A stretch of 50,447 nt of DNA. Source: Acidobacteriota bacterium (GTDB taxonomy: Bacteria; Acidobacteriota; Thermoanaerobaculia; UBA5066; Gp7-AA6). Below are positions 48,846 to 50,447 of the stretch, in pieces. The position numbers and the translations under genes were made by a program. Positions within the stretch are counted from its first letter, which is position 1, and each line of letters opens with the position of its first letter. A model generated the notes under the pieces. That model did no database searches. It was not told where the DNA came from and was given only the letters and a program-made list of their open reading frames with translations. The stretch spans positions 1 through 50,447 of the forward strand of contig JBKPDV010000066.1 in NCBI GenBank assembly GCA_046728075.1, written 5' to 3'.

Positions 48846-50447
48846 CTACTGGGCCTTCACCTTCTGGAAGAACACGTCCTCCTCCGGATGGGTCTGGCCC
48901 GAGATCGGGTCCAGCACGTTCACCGGTTCCGTCAGCGTGTTGCGGTTGTCGCCCCATGCGACAGAGACCGAACCATTGTCGCTAGTGACGCTCTGGTACT
49001 CGCCAAGGGCATAGCACACGGCGATCTGCCGGTCGTAGTTTGTCGCCGTAAAGTTGGGTGCGTTGCTCAGCGGAATGTTGGTCGGCGGCAAGAACGAGGA
49101 TGTTCCGGTGACGCGCACGGTCCGGTTCGCCGGGAAGGTATCGCCCCGGTCATGCGAGTTGGCCATGTCCAGATCGATGGACGTGTCGGCGTGCTGGGTG
49201 TAGTAGGAAATGTGGACATCGTTGGGATCCTGATCGATGGCCAGGGACGGCATCACATGGTGCTTGTCGGTGGCGGGATTGACGGTCACCGGCGCATTCC
49301 ACGTATTGCCGCCGTCGTCGGAACGAATGAACCACACGTTGGATCCCGCGGAGCTGCCGAAAACGAGACTGGCAGAATTGCTCCATGCCAGATAAACGAC
49401 TTCGTTGCGGGCCGCCGCGGCTGGCTGCGTGAGTATCCGCGACGCGTTGATGTATCTCGGCAAGCCGAATCTGCCCGGACCCGCATTCGCGGTCCCGTGG
49501 ACGGTCAGACGGAAGTTATTTCCACCGCACTCCGTGAACTCCCCCGGCTGCGTGACCGGCAGCACGATGGGACTCGGCGCGCCCGGAACGTTGAACGTGG
49601 CGAAGTGGAACGTCTCGCCGGCGTCCGAGGAAACCATCATCTGGATGAAGTCCTGGTCGGAGTTGCTGAAGCGGAGAAATGGCACGTACAGAGTCCCTGT
49701 AATCTGATCCACGACGGGATTGGAGGACTGCAGGCAATTCTGGGGATGCGTGGGGTCGGGGTCGGCCGTCGGGACCAAGATGGTCTTTGCCGTCCAGGTG
49801 GCCCCGCCGTCTATGGAGCGGCCGAAGCGAAGCTCGCACGCGGTCTGCTGAAAACTGGTCCATGTCACATAGACGTTGTCGCGGTTCTTGTTCACGGGAT
49901 CCGGACCCACGGCCAGCCATTCCTTGTCGGAGCCGTCATCCTCCTGGACGATCGCTCCCTCGGTCCAGGTCAGGCCCCCATCGGTGGATGAGTTGACCTG
50001 GATGGTGCCGTGGACGTTATCGTCGGCAAGGTTCGCGTAGTAGAAGGTGCCGTGCCGGTCGACGCCGACCGAAGGATCGCCGAAGGTGTCCGTCGTGCCG
50101 GACGACCCTGGCAGAAAACCATTCGTCCAGGTTTTCCCGCCGTCGCTCGACGCAGCGAATCCCGAGATCTGAACGCGATCGGTGATGAGACCGGGCCCCG
50201 AAGGGTTGGGGATGACGTGAAGGCCCGCCGAGTTGTTGTAGCCGACCACGATGTTCTTGCCGAAGGCGGCCGTCGAGACCTCGCTTTGGGTGGCGTGGAC
50301 GAACGGACGGAAACCCGGGAAGATCTGCACGTAATCGCCCGTAGGGGAGCCCGGAGGGGAGTTCGCCTGGACGTTGTCACCGCGGAGGCGAATCTGCGGA
50401 ACCGTGTCGAGCTGGGTCGCGGACGGCAGGAGGTCGGGGAGCAACAC
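48846..50447 (-). CDS. BNR/Asp-box repeat protein, sialidase-like beta-propeller (N-terminus outside window)
   Basis: Six SxDxGxTW-type Asp boxes: SSDGGKTW, STDGGLTW, SIDGGATW, SSDAGETF, SDDGGNTW, SHDRGDTF. Confidence 0.8.
   Translation of the reverse strand: MLLPDLLPSATQLDTVPQIRLRGDNVQANSPPGSPTGDYVQIFPGFRPFVHATQSEVSTAAFGKNIVVGYNNSAGLHVIPNPSGPGLITDRVQISGFAASSDGGKTWTNGFLPGSSGTTDTFGDPSVGVDRHGTFYYANLADDNVHGTIQVNSSTDGGLTWTEGAIVQEDDGSDKEWLAVGPDPVNKNRDNVYVTWTSFQQTACELRFGRSIDGGATWTAKTILVPTADPDPTHPQNCLQSSNPVVDQITGTLYVPFLRFSNSDQDFIQMMVSSDAGETFHFATFNVPGAPSPIVLPVTQPGEFTECGGNNFRLTVHGTANAGPGRFGLPRYINASRILTQPAAAARNEVVYLAWSNSASLVFGSSAGSNVWFIRSDDGGNTWNAPVTVNPATDKHHVMPSLAIDQDPNDVHISYYTQHADTSIDLDMANSHDRGDTFPANRTVRVTGTSSFLPPTNIPLSNAPNFTATNYDRQIAVCYALGEYQSVTSDNGSVSVAWGDNRNTLTEPVNVLDPISGQTHPEEDVFFQKVKAQ

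Noticed and set aside
1-50447. Search for tRNA, rRNA, tmRNA, SRP RNA, riboswitches, transposases, integrases and toxin-antitoxin pairs
   Set aside because: The intergenic spaces are short and mostly occupied by the repeat hairpins. I recognised no cloverleaf-like or conserved ncRNA sequence by eye and no mobile-element genes. A covariance-model scan (Infernal/Rfam, tRNAscan-SE) would be needed to exclude small RNAs formally.

Overview
GC-rich bacterial chromosomal window from a diderm organism (TolC, lipobox lipoproteins, SLT/LysM/M23 murein enzymes). The gene content would fit an Acidobacteriota-like lineage, but that cannot be shown from this window. I support about 46 protein genes, nearly all housekeeping. 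They include hrcA-grpE-dnaK-dnaJ-prmA-rsmE, ilvE, pilT, recX-alaS, ffh, rpsP-KH-rimM-trmD-rplS-rnhB, trmB, an NAD-type isocitrate dehydrogenase, queG and pgsA. Accessory genes are an MglA-family GTPase with a long extra C-terminal region, two TPR proteins, a GAF-GGDEF cyclase, a methyltransferase/GT4 pair, a TolC/Yip1 cluster with three permease-less ABC ATPases, and a BNR/sialidase-like protein. Two genes are absent from the supplied ORF track and were read by hand: an M23 peptidase running off the left edge (1..756, minus strand) and recX (about 15618..16136), which has no canonical start codon. I saw no rRNA, tRNA, CRISPR array, transposase or prophage genes. The main unexplained signal is non-coding. 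About two dozen gene boundaries carry short tandem arrays of one 7-nt unit (occasionally 8, 9 or 11 nt). Most come as two inverted arms forming a long imperfect hairpin, and many sit flush against the upstream stop codon and the downstream start codon. The unit sequence differs between loci (GTTCAAN, GCTNTCA, GTCGACA, GGCGAAN, GTCTAAN, NNAGGCG, NGATTTG, ATTTCGA, GGACGGGG and others) while the architecture stays the same. These arrays supply stop codons, encode C-terminal tails, generate false N-terminal extensions in the ORF track, and in one case bracket a whole gene. Many long ORFs in the track are antisense artefacts of the high GC content and were rejected.
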